43,443 nt of DNA from a virus (Duplodnaviria; Heunggongvirae; Uroviricota; Caudoviricetes). The notes under the pieces were generated by a model. The model was not told where the DNA came from and did not search any database. It saw only the letters and a list, made by a program, of their open reading frames with translations. Shown piece by piece: positions 21,804 to 30,702 of the stretch. Position numbers and translations under genes: made by a program. Where the stretch lies: IMG/VR virus record IMGVR_UViG_2703718823_000009. One strand, given 5' to 3'. The stretch's first letter is position 1; each line of letters begins with the position of its first letter.

Positions 21804-22415
21804 AGCCTGCTTCTCCTTGCCTTTCGGCACGTAAGAGGCTAACCTACATGTGTCTAGCATGAAATTGGCCTCAGATTAATGTTAAGCGTCTTGCAGGACG
21901 CGTAATGTTAACTGGGGCTTTTCTCTATCTGCCGTTGGTGTTCATGCCCGAGGCAGATAGCCTCAAGCACCCGCAGCCATTCTACTTAACTACCGTTACC
22001 TCGCCAATATGAAATCAATCAGAAAGGTGATCCATAAGAACAATAACAAGACAATAAATTGCCATTACAGCCACAATAGCCAGCGTGCATTTGAGAACCA
22101 GCACATAAATCTCCTGCTCTTGACGTATACAGGCACTGATAAATATGTGTCTTCGTGCTCGTTACTTCAATACGTAAGCGTCAGTTGCGCGTAATCAAAT
22201 CAGACAACCGACTTTAAACCAGGGACAAACAGCAGGTAAAATAATCAAACGTTATTTTAAGCCATATCATGGCTGCAAGATTTCCTCTAATTTCAACAAG
22301 ATGAGCAGGTCATTGCTTGCACTGATGACCTGCTCATTAATCATGATTATTTGAAAATTAAGGTAGGCGTACTATATATAGAAACACTGCTACGCTCCGT
22401 TGGCATAATATAAAA

Positions 22416-23081
22416 TCATTCCTGTCCTTCCTTACCGTAGTGCAGTTGACCAATTTTGATTAGAGGGCGTCCCTGAGATTTGCGGTGTAGATTGGTATCG
22501 CGCAGTGAATACACGCAGCCACAATATTCCTGCTGATAGAATTGTTCGCGCTTGCTGATTTCAATCATGCGGGAAGAGCCGCCCTGTTTTCGCCAGTTAT
22601 AATCCCAGTACACCATGCCCGGATAATGCGCGACGGCTCGCCGTCCACAGTCGTTAACCTGCTGCATATTTTTCCAGCGTGAAATGCCCAGTGAGCTACT
22701 GATCACACTGAAACCATTTTCAGCGGCATACAGTGCAGTCCGCTCAAAACGCATGTCAAAACACATGGTACAACGGATCCCTCGTTCAGGCTCCCATTCC
22801 ATTCCTTTGGCTCGCTCAAACCAGTTGTCTGTGTCGTAATCAGCATCAATAAATGGCACGCCGTGTTGTTTAGCAAAGCGAATATTCTCATCCTTACGAA
22901 TTAAATACTCTTTCTGAGGATGAATGTTCGGGTTGTAGAAAAAGATGGTGTAGTCGATTCCCGAGGCCTGAAGCGCCTCCATCACTTCACCGGAACATGG
23001 AGCACAGCAAGAGTGCAGTAATAGTTTTTTTGCCCCGTTTGGGAGCTCCAATTTGGGGCGTTTGAAATCAGCAACAGTCAT
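22416..23081 (-). CDS. QueH-like (DUF208) epoxyqueuosine reductase homolog
   Basis: Contains [13 protein letters not shown], matching the CCAPC motif of DUF208/QueH as recalled; start uncertain (ATG at 23081 or 23102), none with a strong RBS. Confidence 0.55.
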   Translation of the reverse strand: MTVADFKRPKLELPNGAKKLLLHSCCAPCSGEVMEALQASGIDYTIFFYNPNIHPQKEYLIRKDENIRFAKQHGVPFIDADYDTDNWFERAKGMEWEPERGIRCTMCFDMRFERTALYAAENGFSVISSSLGISRWKNMQQVNDCGRRAVAHYPGMVYWDYNWRKQGGSSRMIEISKREQFYQQEYCGCVYSLRDTNLHRKSQGRPLIKIGQLHYGKEGQE

Positions 23082-23134
23082 AAATGTGTTTATGAGGTTC
23101 ATGAAAATAGCAAAAAGTGTAGCATCAGAACGGG

Positions 23135-23437
23135 CTATCGGAAACAGATGTCTAAATCTGGTAATGTCTGCTTTTGATGCAAAGCAGACAACCACGGCAG
23201 CGCACGAAAATCAGCGATAATGTCGGGATTAATAATCGGGTGACGTCCATCACATAGCGAATGTTCCTCTTTCCTGATATCGCTAAATATCGACCATTCG
23301 TCATTCTTATCGAACCAGAGCATGCGACTGCCACAGCACATGTCGAGAATGGTAGCCGATGTACTCACAGCATCACCTCCCGATAATTCCCCTGATAAAA
23401 CGTCAGAACACGCTGCATAACTTCGCTCTTCCGGCAC
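23135..23437 (-). CDS. ORF of uncertain status (possible gene fragment)
   Basis: 100-aa frame with no RBS at any candidate start; overlaps the 3' end of the upstream 140-aa gene. Confidence 0.2.
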   Translation of the reverse strand: MPEERSYAACSDVLSGELSGGDAVSTSATILDMCCGSRMLWFDKNDEWSIFSDIRKEEHSLCDGRHPIINPDIIADFRALPWLSALHQKQTLPDLDICFR

Positions 23438-23787
23438 TCGCGACAGATTATGTTTAGACGACTGTCGTAGCGGCGTATTTCTCCGTCAGGTAATGACCAG
23501 ATAAGGTCCGGATCAACCACAGCAGGTTTCTTCACCTTTGCCCTCGAGAGTTTTTTGCGGGCGTTTTGCCAGTCCTTACGCGCCTGTTCAGACGGGAATA
23601 ACCCGTAGCCGGAGTTGTATACATCGCCACTGGCTACCAGCTCTCTGGCAAGAACGCTCATCAGATATCTAGTCGCACCTGTTTTAGCTTCCAGTTGCCG
23701 TAACGTCTCACGACCGCTCTGGCGCACGAGTTCCACCACCTGCCCTTTAATTTTTTCCCGCTCTTCTTGTGTAAAAACTTTTGCCAC
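23365..23787 (-). CDS. hypothetical protein (140 aa, GTG start)
   Basis: GTG at 23787 preceded by AAGGGGGA RBS; basic C-terminus with CRECRK. Confidence 0.45.
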   Translation of the reverse strand: MAKVFTQEEREKIKGQVVELVRQSGRETLRQLEAKTGATRYLMSVLARELVASGDVYNSGYGLFPSEQARKDWQNARKKLSRAKVKKPAVVDPDLIWSLPDGEIRRYDSRLNIICRECRKSEVMQRVLTFYQGNYREVML

Positions 23788-23827
23788 AAGTCCCCCTTAA
23801 AATTACCTCATGACCTGAAATCAACAC

Positions 23828-24793
23828 TTATCCTCTGAAACCAGGCGGAATTTCTGTATCCGGTTCAGAAATATGATTAACACAACGCTGTACAGGTGAA
23901 CGTCCCAGGCGGATGACCAGTTCGTCCCATTTTTCGCGGAGCTTTGACGGGCTCATGATGTTTTTTACCCAGAATGGATCTCGCTGAACCCGACCAAACA
24001 TTTCGCAAATTTGTCTGTGGCTTCTGCCATCCAGCATCCGCATTGTGCGCACGTCATTGGCCCAGACAGTCCAGTTAGGCTCTTTTGGTCTCATGATCTC
24101 GCCATCATCACTGGCTGCCTGTTCGTAGAGGCCCACGATCCGCCCCCAGATCCACTGCGCACACGCCAAATCCTCCCTGCTACCCCACTGGCGTTTTTTC
24201 GCACTAAACACAACCGCGTCGGAGTTCCGGGTTAAAAAATCCTGTTCAGTCGTCTGCGGGTCCGGTTGCGAAGCTTCCGGACGAAAAGTGTTTTTATTCT
24301 CTGTAGTAATCTCTGTTGTATTCTCTGTAAGATCATCAGGCCATTTTGACCCGATGACATTGGATCGTTTTGAACCAATGGAGCGTTTCATTTTGACCTC
24401 TTCCATCGTGTCATTTTGACCTGATGGAGCGGCGCATTTTGAACCGATGGATTCGCTCAATTTGCCATCATCTAAAAGCTCGCTCCCGTAGTTGATCGTG
24501 TAGAAATTGGTCATATCGCGCTTTGATTTATTGAGCTTTTCACAACGCAAAAGCCCCAGCGTTTTCAGACTTGCAAACGCGCGCTTTAACGTTGACTCTG
24601 ACCAGAATGGGAACTGTTCCAGCCATTGTTCCGTTGTGTTGTAAATCCAGCGAACACCATCACATTCCATACCGGAATTGGTATCTCTCAACCAGTAATG
24701 CAACTGCTGCAACACAATGGCTTCATTTAAGCCAATCTTCATCGCAAGCTGTGTGTTTATAACCAGTGGGCGTTCAGCAAAAAGAAGGCTCAT
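23828..24793 (-). CDS. phage replication initiation / replisome organiser protein
   Basis: N-terminal region ...LLFAERPLVINTQLAMKIGLNEAIVLQQLHYWL... resembles recalled replisome-organiser N-domains; occupies the O position downstream of cro. Confidence 0.6.
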   Translation of the reverse strand: MSLLFAERPLVINTQLAMKIGLNEAIVLQQLHYWLRDTNSGMECDGVRWIYNTTEQWLEQFPFWSESTLKRAFASLKTLGLLRCEKLNKSKRDMTNFYTINYGSELLDDGKLSESIGSKCAAPSGQNDTMEEVKMKRSIGSKRSNVIGSKWPDDLTENTTEITTENKNTFRPEASQPDPQTTEQDFLTRNSDAVVFSAKKRQWGSREDLACAQWIWGRIVGLYEQAASDDGEIMRPKEPNWTVWANDVRTMRMLDGRSHRQICEMFGRVQRDPFWVKNIMSPSKLREKWDELVIRLGRSPVQRCVNHISEPDTEIPPGFRG

Positions 24794-25295
24794 AATTCCA
24801 TCCAGCTTTTTGTTGGTATTGCTGTCGATACGCAAGTTTGAAAGCAATTGCTTTTTCTATAAGTTCGTCAGTTTCACGATCCACTACGGCAGGATCAGCA
24901 AAAAGCAGTCCGGACTCCACCACATCGCCATATTCTTTGTTTAACCCGGCGATCATGTACGTGATGCTTTTTCCGTCACTAATTTCACGATACAACCTGA
25001 AATCATTAATCCGGATAGCCTCCATAATTGCAGGCACTAGCGCCGTGAACTTTTCACGCTTATCCCTGGTGTCGATAGCCTTCCAGCGTTCGAATATCTT
25101 CACTCGATTAACGCCAAGCGCTCGCTGATCAACCGCGCCACCTTCATCTGTGACACGCTGAACATCGATGTTCGGGCGCTCTTTCAAAGCCCAGAATGCT
25201 TCAGTGATTAATATCGTCGCCTGCTCCTGTGTCATTCCTGGTCGACATATCCAGGCATCCAGAGCCTCACGAGCCTGTTCAGGAGTGATTTTCAT
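24774..25295 (-). CDS. hypothetical regulator in cII position (possibly YdaT-like)
   Basis: 173-aa ORF immediately downstream of dicC-like cro; family uncertain. Confidence 0.4.
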   Translation of the reverse strand: MKITPEQAREALDAWICRPGMTQEQATILITEAFWALKERPNIDVQRVTDEGGAVDQRALGVNRVKIFERWKAIDTRDKREKFTALVPAIMEAIRINDFRLYREISDGKSITYMIAGLNKEYGDVVESGLLFADPAVVDRETDELIEKAIAFKLAYRQQYQQKAGWNYEPSFC

Positions 25296-25506
25296 TGTTC
25301 AACCGCCCCGCCCGCTTCGTCTTACGATATTCGTCATAAACCTTGGGATCATACTGAAGCTCGCCGCCAGATGCCTCCTGTAGACGCATCGCGCGACCTT
25401 CAGGAACCAGCTCTTGCCATTGAGAAACAGCAGATGGGTCAACGCCAGCAGCTTTCGCTACTTTGGCTTTCGTACCGTAAAAATTAATTACGTCTGATTT
25501 AAACAT
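25279..25506 (-). CDS. dicC: Cro-like repressor DicC
   Basis: 75 aa from ATG at 25506 (GGAGG RBS), ...VPEGRAMRLQEASGGELQYDP...; divergent from dicA. Confidence 0.75.
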   Translation of the reverse strand: MFKSDVINFYGTKAKVAKAAGVDPSAVSQWQELVPEGRAMRLQEASGGELQYDPKVYDEYRKTKRAGRLNNENHS

Positions 25507-25583
25507 CGCACCTCCAATATTGAGTTTTCTCAATGCTAATCACTCAAGGAATCTCAAGTCAAGGGTTATTAAGATATCTAAAT
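25507..25583. promoter_or_regulatory. dicA-dicC divergent promoter/operator region
   Basis: 77-bp intergenic region with palindrome ATTGAG-TTTTC-TCAAT and repeated TCAAGG half-sites. Confidence 0.5.
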
Positions 25584-25991
25584 ATGAACGAGAAAACTTT
25601 AGGTCAACGCATTAGAGAAAGACGTAAGCAGGTAGGCTTAAGTCAAAACGGTTTAAGCAAAGCTGCTGGCGTATCTGGCTCATCAATTTCATTATGGGAA
25701 AGTGACCATACAGCCCCGCGCGGGCAAAATTTGCATCGCCTCGCCGAGGTATTGCAATGTTCACCAACCTGGATACTGTTTGGCGACGAGGACAAAACAC
25801 CAGCTCCCCCTGTTTCACTCGATAGTGCCTTAGACTTATCGGAAGATGAGTTAGAGATGCTGCGTTTGTATCGCGCACTTCCTAAATCAGAGCAACAAGC
25901 ACAACTCAGCGAACTCCGCGCCCGCGTTGAGAATTTTAATCGCCTGTTCACCGAGCTATTAGAGGCTCGCAAACGCAACAAGCATCAATAA
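25584..25991 (+). CDS. dicA: prophage repressor DicA (XRE-family HTH)
   Basis: MNEKTLGQRIRERRKQVGLSQNGLSKAAGVS...NLHRLAEVLQCSPTWILFGDEDK... matches recalled K-12 DicA; 135 aa from ATG at 25584. Confidence 0.85.
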   Translation: MNEKTLGQRIRERRKQVGLSQNGLSKAAGVSGSSISLWESDHTAPRGQNLHRLAEVLQCSPTWILFGDEDKTPAPPVSLDSALDLSEDELEMLRLYRALPKSEQQAQLSELRARVENFNRLFTELLEARKRNKHQ

Positions 25992-26183
25992 TCATCCCTT
26001 CACAAAATTTTAAAGCCTTACATTTCAATGTATTGGCTTTATCTTGCGCCAATACTTGAGTTTTCTCATCAAAAAACCTTGACGAAAAACAATGAGAAAA
26101 CTAAATTACCTCCATCAAGACACCGCACGGTGTTCTCAGCAAACAGTTCCGCTACCCCGGCGTTAAGGGGAAATGAGGTCAGC

Positions 26184-26339
26184 ATGGATACTATCGATCT
26201 TGGCAACAACGAATCTCTGGTATGTGGCGTATTCCCCAACCAGGACGGTACGTTCACCGCGATGACGTATACCAAAAGCAAAACGTTTAAAACCGAAAAT
26301 GGTGCCCGTCGCTGGCTGGAAAGAAACTCAGGTGAGTGA
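26184..26339 (+). CDS. ydfA: YdfA
   Basis: MDTIDLGNNESLVCGVFPNQDGTFTAMTYTKSKTFKTENGARRWLERNSGE (51 aa); GAGG RBS. Confidence 0.8.
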   Translation: MDTIDLGNNESLVCGVFPNQDGTFTAMTYTKSKTFKTENGARRWLERNSGE

Positions 26340-26340
26340 T

Positions 26341-26529
26341 ATGGATTTCGACACAATCATGGAAAAGGCTTACGAAGAATACTTCGAAGGCCTTGCCGAA
26401 GGCGAAGAAGCTCTCAGCTTCAGTGAGTTTAAACAGGCACTCAGAATAAGAATGTGCTCTCACAATGACGCGGAGCACAAATATGAGAAGCAAAATCAGA
26501 CCGCAGAAAATTTTGTTCTGGAACCCTGA
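26341..26529 (+). CDS. ydfB: YdfB-like
   Basis: MDFDTIMEKAYEEYFEGLAEGEEALSFSEFKQAL...; ATG one base after ydfA stop. Confidence 0.6.
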   Translation: MDFDTIMEKAYEEYFEGLAEGEEALSFSEFKQALRIRMCSHNDAEHKYEKQNQTAENFVLEP

Positions 26530-26713
26530 GAAACGCTTTTCAAAATTCCCGTTACGTGCCCCATTTGCGGTTTTACATCAGAAGAACTTGACGACTCCTG
26601 TAACAATCAGGAAACAACCAAGTATGTCGAAGATGATACCGAGTGCGCACGAAGAACTATTATATCCACGAGTCCAAACTCCAGGACCAATAAATCTCAC
26701 TTTGAGAGGGTGA
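26483..26713 (+). CDS. ydfC: YdfC-like
   Basis: ORF in ydfC position between ydfB and dicF; GGAG RBS; identity by synteny and length only. Confidence 0.4.
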   Translation: MRSKIRPQKILFWNPEKRFSKFPLRAPFAVLHQKNLTTPVTIRKQPSMSKMIPSAHEELLYPRVQTPGPINLTLRG

Positions 26714-26898
26714 TTAATCCACTCCCCCAAACCAATAAAAAAGATGCCGGAGGACAAAAAACCCAATGGAACAACGGGATATCTGTCAAAAAAAGACGTT
26801 CCATTAAAGACAAACAACGCAGCGCCAACAACTGTAAGCGCTTTATACCAGTAATCAATTTTCATGTTCTTAAGCGGATTTATTGGTGGTTGCGACAT
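26578..26898 (-). CDS. hypothetical small membrane protein (about 3 TM segments), antisense to the ydfC-dicF interval
   Basis: 106-aa ORF with three hydrophobic stretches; weak RBS; overlaps ydfC-like on the opposite strand. Confidence 0.3.
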   Translation of the reverse strand: MSQPPINPLKNMKIDYWYKALTVVGAALFVFNGTSFFDRYPVVPLGFLSSGIFFIGLGEWINHPLKVRFIGPGVWTRGYNSSSCALGIIFDILGCFLIVTGVVKFF

Positions 26899-27175
26899 TG
26901 CTTAATGAATCCTTAAAACTGTGGTGATTTTAAGGATACCACCTCGCCTGACGTGGTTAAAAGCAGGCACACAACACGAAAGCGCACGGCGAAGTTCGTC
27001 TCGCTGTACGGTGTCGTTAAATTTAATTCGACCGTGCGCTTCCGGTTGTGGCAACCCGCAAAATGGCGCGGCGGTAAGTATGGCGGGGTTATTCCTTCCC
27101 CGTTGAGGACACCGAGTTGTCAGGTTGACCATACGCTTAAGTGACAACCCCGCTGCAACGCCCTCTGTTATCAAT

Positions 27176-27237
27176 TTTCTGGTGACGTTTGGCGGTATCA
27201 GTTTTACTCCGTGACTGCTCTGCCGCCGTTTTTAAAG
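27176..27237 (+). ncRNA. dicF: DicF small RNA (ftsZ-targeting sRNA)
   Basis: TTCTGGTGACGTTTGGCGGTATCAGTTTTACTCCGTGACTGCTCTGCCGCCGTTTTT matches recalled DicF almost base for base. Confidence 0.85.
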
Positions 27238-27402
27238 TGAATTTTGTGATGCGGTGAATGCGGCTAAGCGCACGCGGAACAGTTAAAACCAAAAACAGTG
27301 TTATGGGTGGATTCTCTGTATCCGACGTTAATTGTTAACTGGTTAACGTCACCTGGAGGCACCAGGCACTGCATCACAAAATTCATTGTTGAGGACGCGA
27401 TA

Positions 27403-27591
27403 ATGAAAACGTTATTACCAAACGTTAATACGTCTGAAGGTTGTTTTGAAATTGGTGTCACTATCAGTAACCCTGTATTTACTGAAGATGCCATTAACAA
27501 GAGAAAACAAGAACGGGAGCTATTAAATAAAATATGCATTGTTTCAATGCTGGCTCGTTTACGTCTGATGCCAAAAGGATGTGCACAATGA
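27403..27591 (+). CDS. dicB: cell division inhibitor DicB
   Basis: MKTLLPNVNTSEGCFEIGVTISNPVFTEDAINKRKQERELLNKICIVSMLARLRLMPKGCAQ (62 aa). Confidence 0.9.
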   Translation: MKTLLPNVNTSEGCFEIGVTISNPVFTEDAINKRKQERELLNKICIVSMLARLRLMPKGCAQ

Positions 27592-27779
27592 ATTCAGCAT
27601 TTGCGCTTGTTCTGACAGTTTTTCTTGTTTCCGGAGTGCCAGTTGATATTGCAGTCAGTGTTCACAGGACAATGCAGGAGTGTATGACTGCAGCAACCGA
27701 ACAGAAAATTCCCGGTAACTGTTACCCGGTCGATAAAGTTATTCACCAGGATAATATCGAAATCCCGGCAGGTCTTTAA
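27588..27779 (+). CDS. ydfD: YdfD (small lysis protein)
   Basis: MNSAFALVLTVFLVSGVPVDIAVSVHRTMQECMTAATEQKIPGNCYPVDKVIHQDNIEIPAGL; start overlaps dicB stop (ATGA). Confidence 0.85.
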   Translation: MNSAFALVLTVFLVSGVPVDIAVSVHRTMQECMTAATEQKIPGNCYPVDKVIHQDNIEIPAGL

Positions 27780-27872
27780 AACAGTTCCGTAATAAATATC
27801 CGGTTTCATTCTTATATGCCAGCAATGGCAGGGATTTGTTCATCCTTAAATCTGTCATGAGGTTAAAACAAA

Positions 27873-30344
27873 ATGAGTAAAGTCTTTATTTGCGCCGCTA
27901 TTCCTGACGAACTGGCAACAAGGGAAGAAGGCGCTGTGGCTGTAGCCACAGCCATTGAAGCTGGCGACGAACGCCGTGCTCGAGCAAAATTTCACTGGCA
28001 ATTCCTGGAACATTATCCGGCTGCTCAGGACTGCGCTTATAAATTTATTGTCTGCGAGGATAAACCTGGCATACCCCGCCCTGCCCTCGATTCATGGGAT
28101 GCTGAATATATGCAGGAAAACCGCTGGGATGAGGAGTCTGCTTCTTTTGTCCCGGTTGAGACTGAATCCGATCCGATGAACGTCACTTTTGACAAGCTGG
28201 CCCCTGAAGTACAGAACGCTGTCATGGTTAAGTTCGACACATGTGAAAACATCACCGTTGATATGGTTATTAGCGCACAGGAATTGTTGCAGGAAGACAT
28301 GGCAACATTCGACGGACATATCGTTGAAGCGTTGATGAAAATGCCAGAAGTTAACGCCATGTATCCGGAGCTTAAGTTGCACGCCATTGGGTGGGTTAAG
28401 CATAAATGTATTCCTGGTGCTAAATGGCCCGAAATTCAGGCAGAGATGCGCATCTGGAAAAAACGTCGCGAAGGTGAACGCAAGGAAACCGGAAAATACA
28501 CGTCTGTTGTTGATCTCGCCCGCGCCAGAGCCAATCAACAGTACACTGAAAATTCAACAGGAAAAATCAGCCCGGTCATTGCTGCCATTCATCGCGAATA
28601 CAAGCAGACATGGAAAACACTGGATGACGAACTGGCCTACGCTCTCTGGCCTGGTGATGTGGATGCCGGAAACATTGACGGCAGCATCCATCGCTGGGCA
28701 AAAAAAGAAGTTATCGACAACGACCGCGAAGACTGGAAGCGTATCTCGGCATCAATGCGCAAACAGCCTGATGCCCTTCGCTACGACCGCCAAACTATTT
28801 TTGGCCTTGTCCGTGAGCGTCCGATCGACATTCACAAAGATCCCGTAGCACTGAACAAATATATCTGCGAATACCTGACGACAAAGGGCGTGTTTGAGAA
28901 TGAAGAAACAGACCTGGGCACTGTTGATGTTCTCCAGTCATCAGAAACACAAACTGATGCAGTGGAAACTGAGGTATCTGATATCCCAAAAAATGAAACC
29001 GCGCCGGAAGCTGAACCATCTGTAGAGCGTGAGGGGCCGTTCTATTTCCTCTTCGCAGATAAGGACGGAGAAAAATACGGTCGCGCAAACAAACTTTCTG
29101 GTCTGGATAAGGCACTGGCTGCTGGCGCCACTGAAATCACAAAAGAAGAATATTTTGCCCGAAAAAATGGCACATACACGGGCTTACCGCAAAATGTAGA
29201 TACCGCTGAAGATTCAGAACAACCAGAGCCGATAAAAGTTACCGCTGACGAAGTAAACAAAATTATGCAGGCAGCCAATATCAGCCAGCCTGACGCCGAT
29301 AAGTTGCTTGCTGCATCACGTGGTGAATTTGTTGAAGGGATTAGTGACCCGAATGATCCGAAATGGGTTAAGGGGATCCAGACCCGCGATTCTGTGAACC
29401 AGAACCAGCATGAATCGGAACGGAACTACCAAAAAGCGGAACAAAACAGTCCAAATGCGTTACAAAACGAGCCAGAAACGAAACAGCCTGAACCAGTGGC
29501 GCAACAGGAAGTGGAAAAGGTCTGCACCGCCTGCGGTCAGACCGGCGGCGGCAACTGCCCTGATTGTGGCGCGGTGATGGGCGACGCAACATACCAAGAA
29601 ACATTCGATGAAGAGTATCAGGTTGAAGTTCAGGAAGATGATCCGGAGGAAATGGAAGGCGCTGAACATCCACACAAGGAGAACACTGGCGGCAATCAGC
29701 ATCACAATAGCGATAATGAAACTGGCGAGACGGCAGATCACCCAATTAAGGTGAACGGTCATCACGAAATCACATCCACCAGCAGGACGTGTGACCATCT
29801 AATGATCGACCTTGAAACCATGGGAAAAAATCCTGATGCCCCGATCATCTCAATAGGTGCAATATTTTTCGATCCGCAAACCGGAGATATGGGACCGGAA
29901 TTTAGTAAGACTATCGATCTGGAAACTGCTGGCGGAGTCATTGATCGGGACACCATTAAATGGTGGCTTAAGCAATCACGCGAAGCGCAATCTGCCATTA
30001 TGACCGATGAAATCCCGTTAGATGATGCACTGTTACAATTGCGGGAATTTATCGACGAAAACTCCGGTGAATTTTTTGTTCAGGTTTGGGGAAATGGAGC
30101 CAACTTCGACAACACGATTTTGCGCCGTTCATATGAACGGCAGGGGATCCCCTGCCCGTGGCGTTACTACAACGATCGCGATGTACGCACAATCGTTGAG
30201 CTGGGGAAAGCCATAGACTTCGATGCCAGAACGGCTATTCCATTCGAAGGTGAGCGCCATAATGCACTTGATGACGCCCGTTACCAGGCAAAATACGTTT
30301 CAGTTATCTGGCAAAAACTGATCCCGAGTCAGGCTGATTCTTAA
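27873..30344 (+). CDS. prophage exonuclease: YdfE-like N-terminal region fused to a DEDDh (DnaQ-like) 3'-5' exonuclease domain
   Basis: 823-aa uninterrupted ORF; C-terminus carries DLETMG, WGNGANFD and HNALDDARYQ motifs; ydfE position before xis-int. Confidence 0.7.
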   Translation: MSKVFICAAIPDELATREEGAVAVATAIEAGDERRARAKFHWQFLEHYPAAQDCAYKFIVCEDKPGIPRPALDSWDAEYMQENRWDEESASFVPVETESDPMNVTFDKLAPEVQNAVMVKFDTCENITVDMVISAQELLQEDMATFDGHIVEALMKMPEVNAMYPELKLHAIGWVKHKCIPGAKWPEIQAEMRIWKKRREGERKETGKYTSVVDLARARANQQYTENSTGKISPVIAAIHREYKQTWKTLDDELAYALWPGDVDAGNIDGSIHRWAKKEVIDNDREDWKRISASMRKQPDALRYDRQTIFGLVRERPIDIHKDPVALNKYICEYLTTKGVFENEETDLGTVDVLQSSETQTDAVETEVSDIPKNETAPEAEPSVEREGPFYFLFADKDGEKYGRANKLSGLDKALAAGATEITKEEYFARKNGTYTGLPQNVDTAEDSEQPEPIKVTADEVNKIMQAANISQPDADKLLAASRGEFVEGISDPNDPKWVKGIQTRDSVNQNQHESERNYQKAEQNSPNALQNEPETKQPEPVAQQEVEKVCTACGQTGGGNCPDCGAVMGDATYQETFDEEYQVEVQEDDPEEMEGAEHPHKENTGGNQHHNSDNETGETADHPIKVNGHHEITSTSRTCDHLMIDLETMGKNPDAPIISIGAIFFDPQTGDMGPEFSKTIDLETAGGVIDRDTIKWWLKQSREAQSAIMTDEIPLDDALLQLREFIDENSGEFFVQVWGNGANFDNTILRRSYERQGIPCPWRYYNDRDVRTIVELGKAIDFDARTAIPFEGERHNALDDARYQAKYVSVIWQKLIPSQADS

Positions 30345-30416
30345 TGTTCAACTGTCGCCGGTTGTGACTGGTATTCTGCAACCGGCGCTCGTCTGATGTA
30401 AGAGATAAAGAAATCG

Positions 30417-30668
30417 ATGAGCGAAGTAATCATGATTGTCTCTCCCGGCAAATGGGTATCCGAAGAGCAGTTAATTGCGCTGAAAGGAATAAAAAAAGGT
30501 ACGTTAAAAAAGGCTCGGGAAAAATCGTTTATGGAAGGAAGGGAATATAAGCATGTCGCTCATGACGGTATGCCATGGGATAACAGTCCATGCTTTTACA
30601 ACCTGGAAGAAATTGATCGCTGGATTGAGCGCCAAGCATCAGCGAGACCAAGATGTCATCTTACTTGA
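30417..30668 (+). CDS. excisionase-like protein
   Basis: 83-aa ORF immediately upstream of int; identity by position. Confidence 0.5.
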   Translation: MSEVIMIVSPGKWVSEEQLIALKGIKKGTLKKAREKSFMEGREYKHVAHDGMPWDNSPCFYNLEEIDRWIERQASARPRCHLT

Positions 30669-30702
30669 CTAAAAGCCACACTAACTAATGAGAGAAGTTG
30701 AA

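Noticed and set aside
22300-22338. Inverted repeat GAGCAGGTCAT...ATGACCTGCTC downstream of the QueH-like gene as a terminator
   Set aside because: Good 11-bp stem but no adjacent U-tract on either strand; left as an unassigned hairpin.
22416-23195. Full 259-aa ORF-track model for the QueH-like gene
   Set aside because: It begins at a GTG with no RBS and overlaps the neighbouring frame; ATG at 23081 or 23102 gives a length typical of the family.
25533-25991. 152-aa ORF-track model for dicA and long models for ydfA, dicB, ydfD
   Set aside because: Internal ATGs with RBSs reproduce the recalled K-12 protein lengths (135, 51, 62, 63 aa); the extensions are unsupported.
28037-29798. Several minus-strand ORFs inside the exonuclease gene
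   Set aside because: All antisense to one continuous 823-aa frame with a recognisable domain.
27873-30344. IS element interrupting the exonuclease gene as in K-12 ydfE
   Set aside because: The frame is continuous for 823 codons with no transposase-like ORF or inverted repeats.
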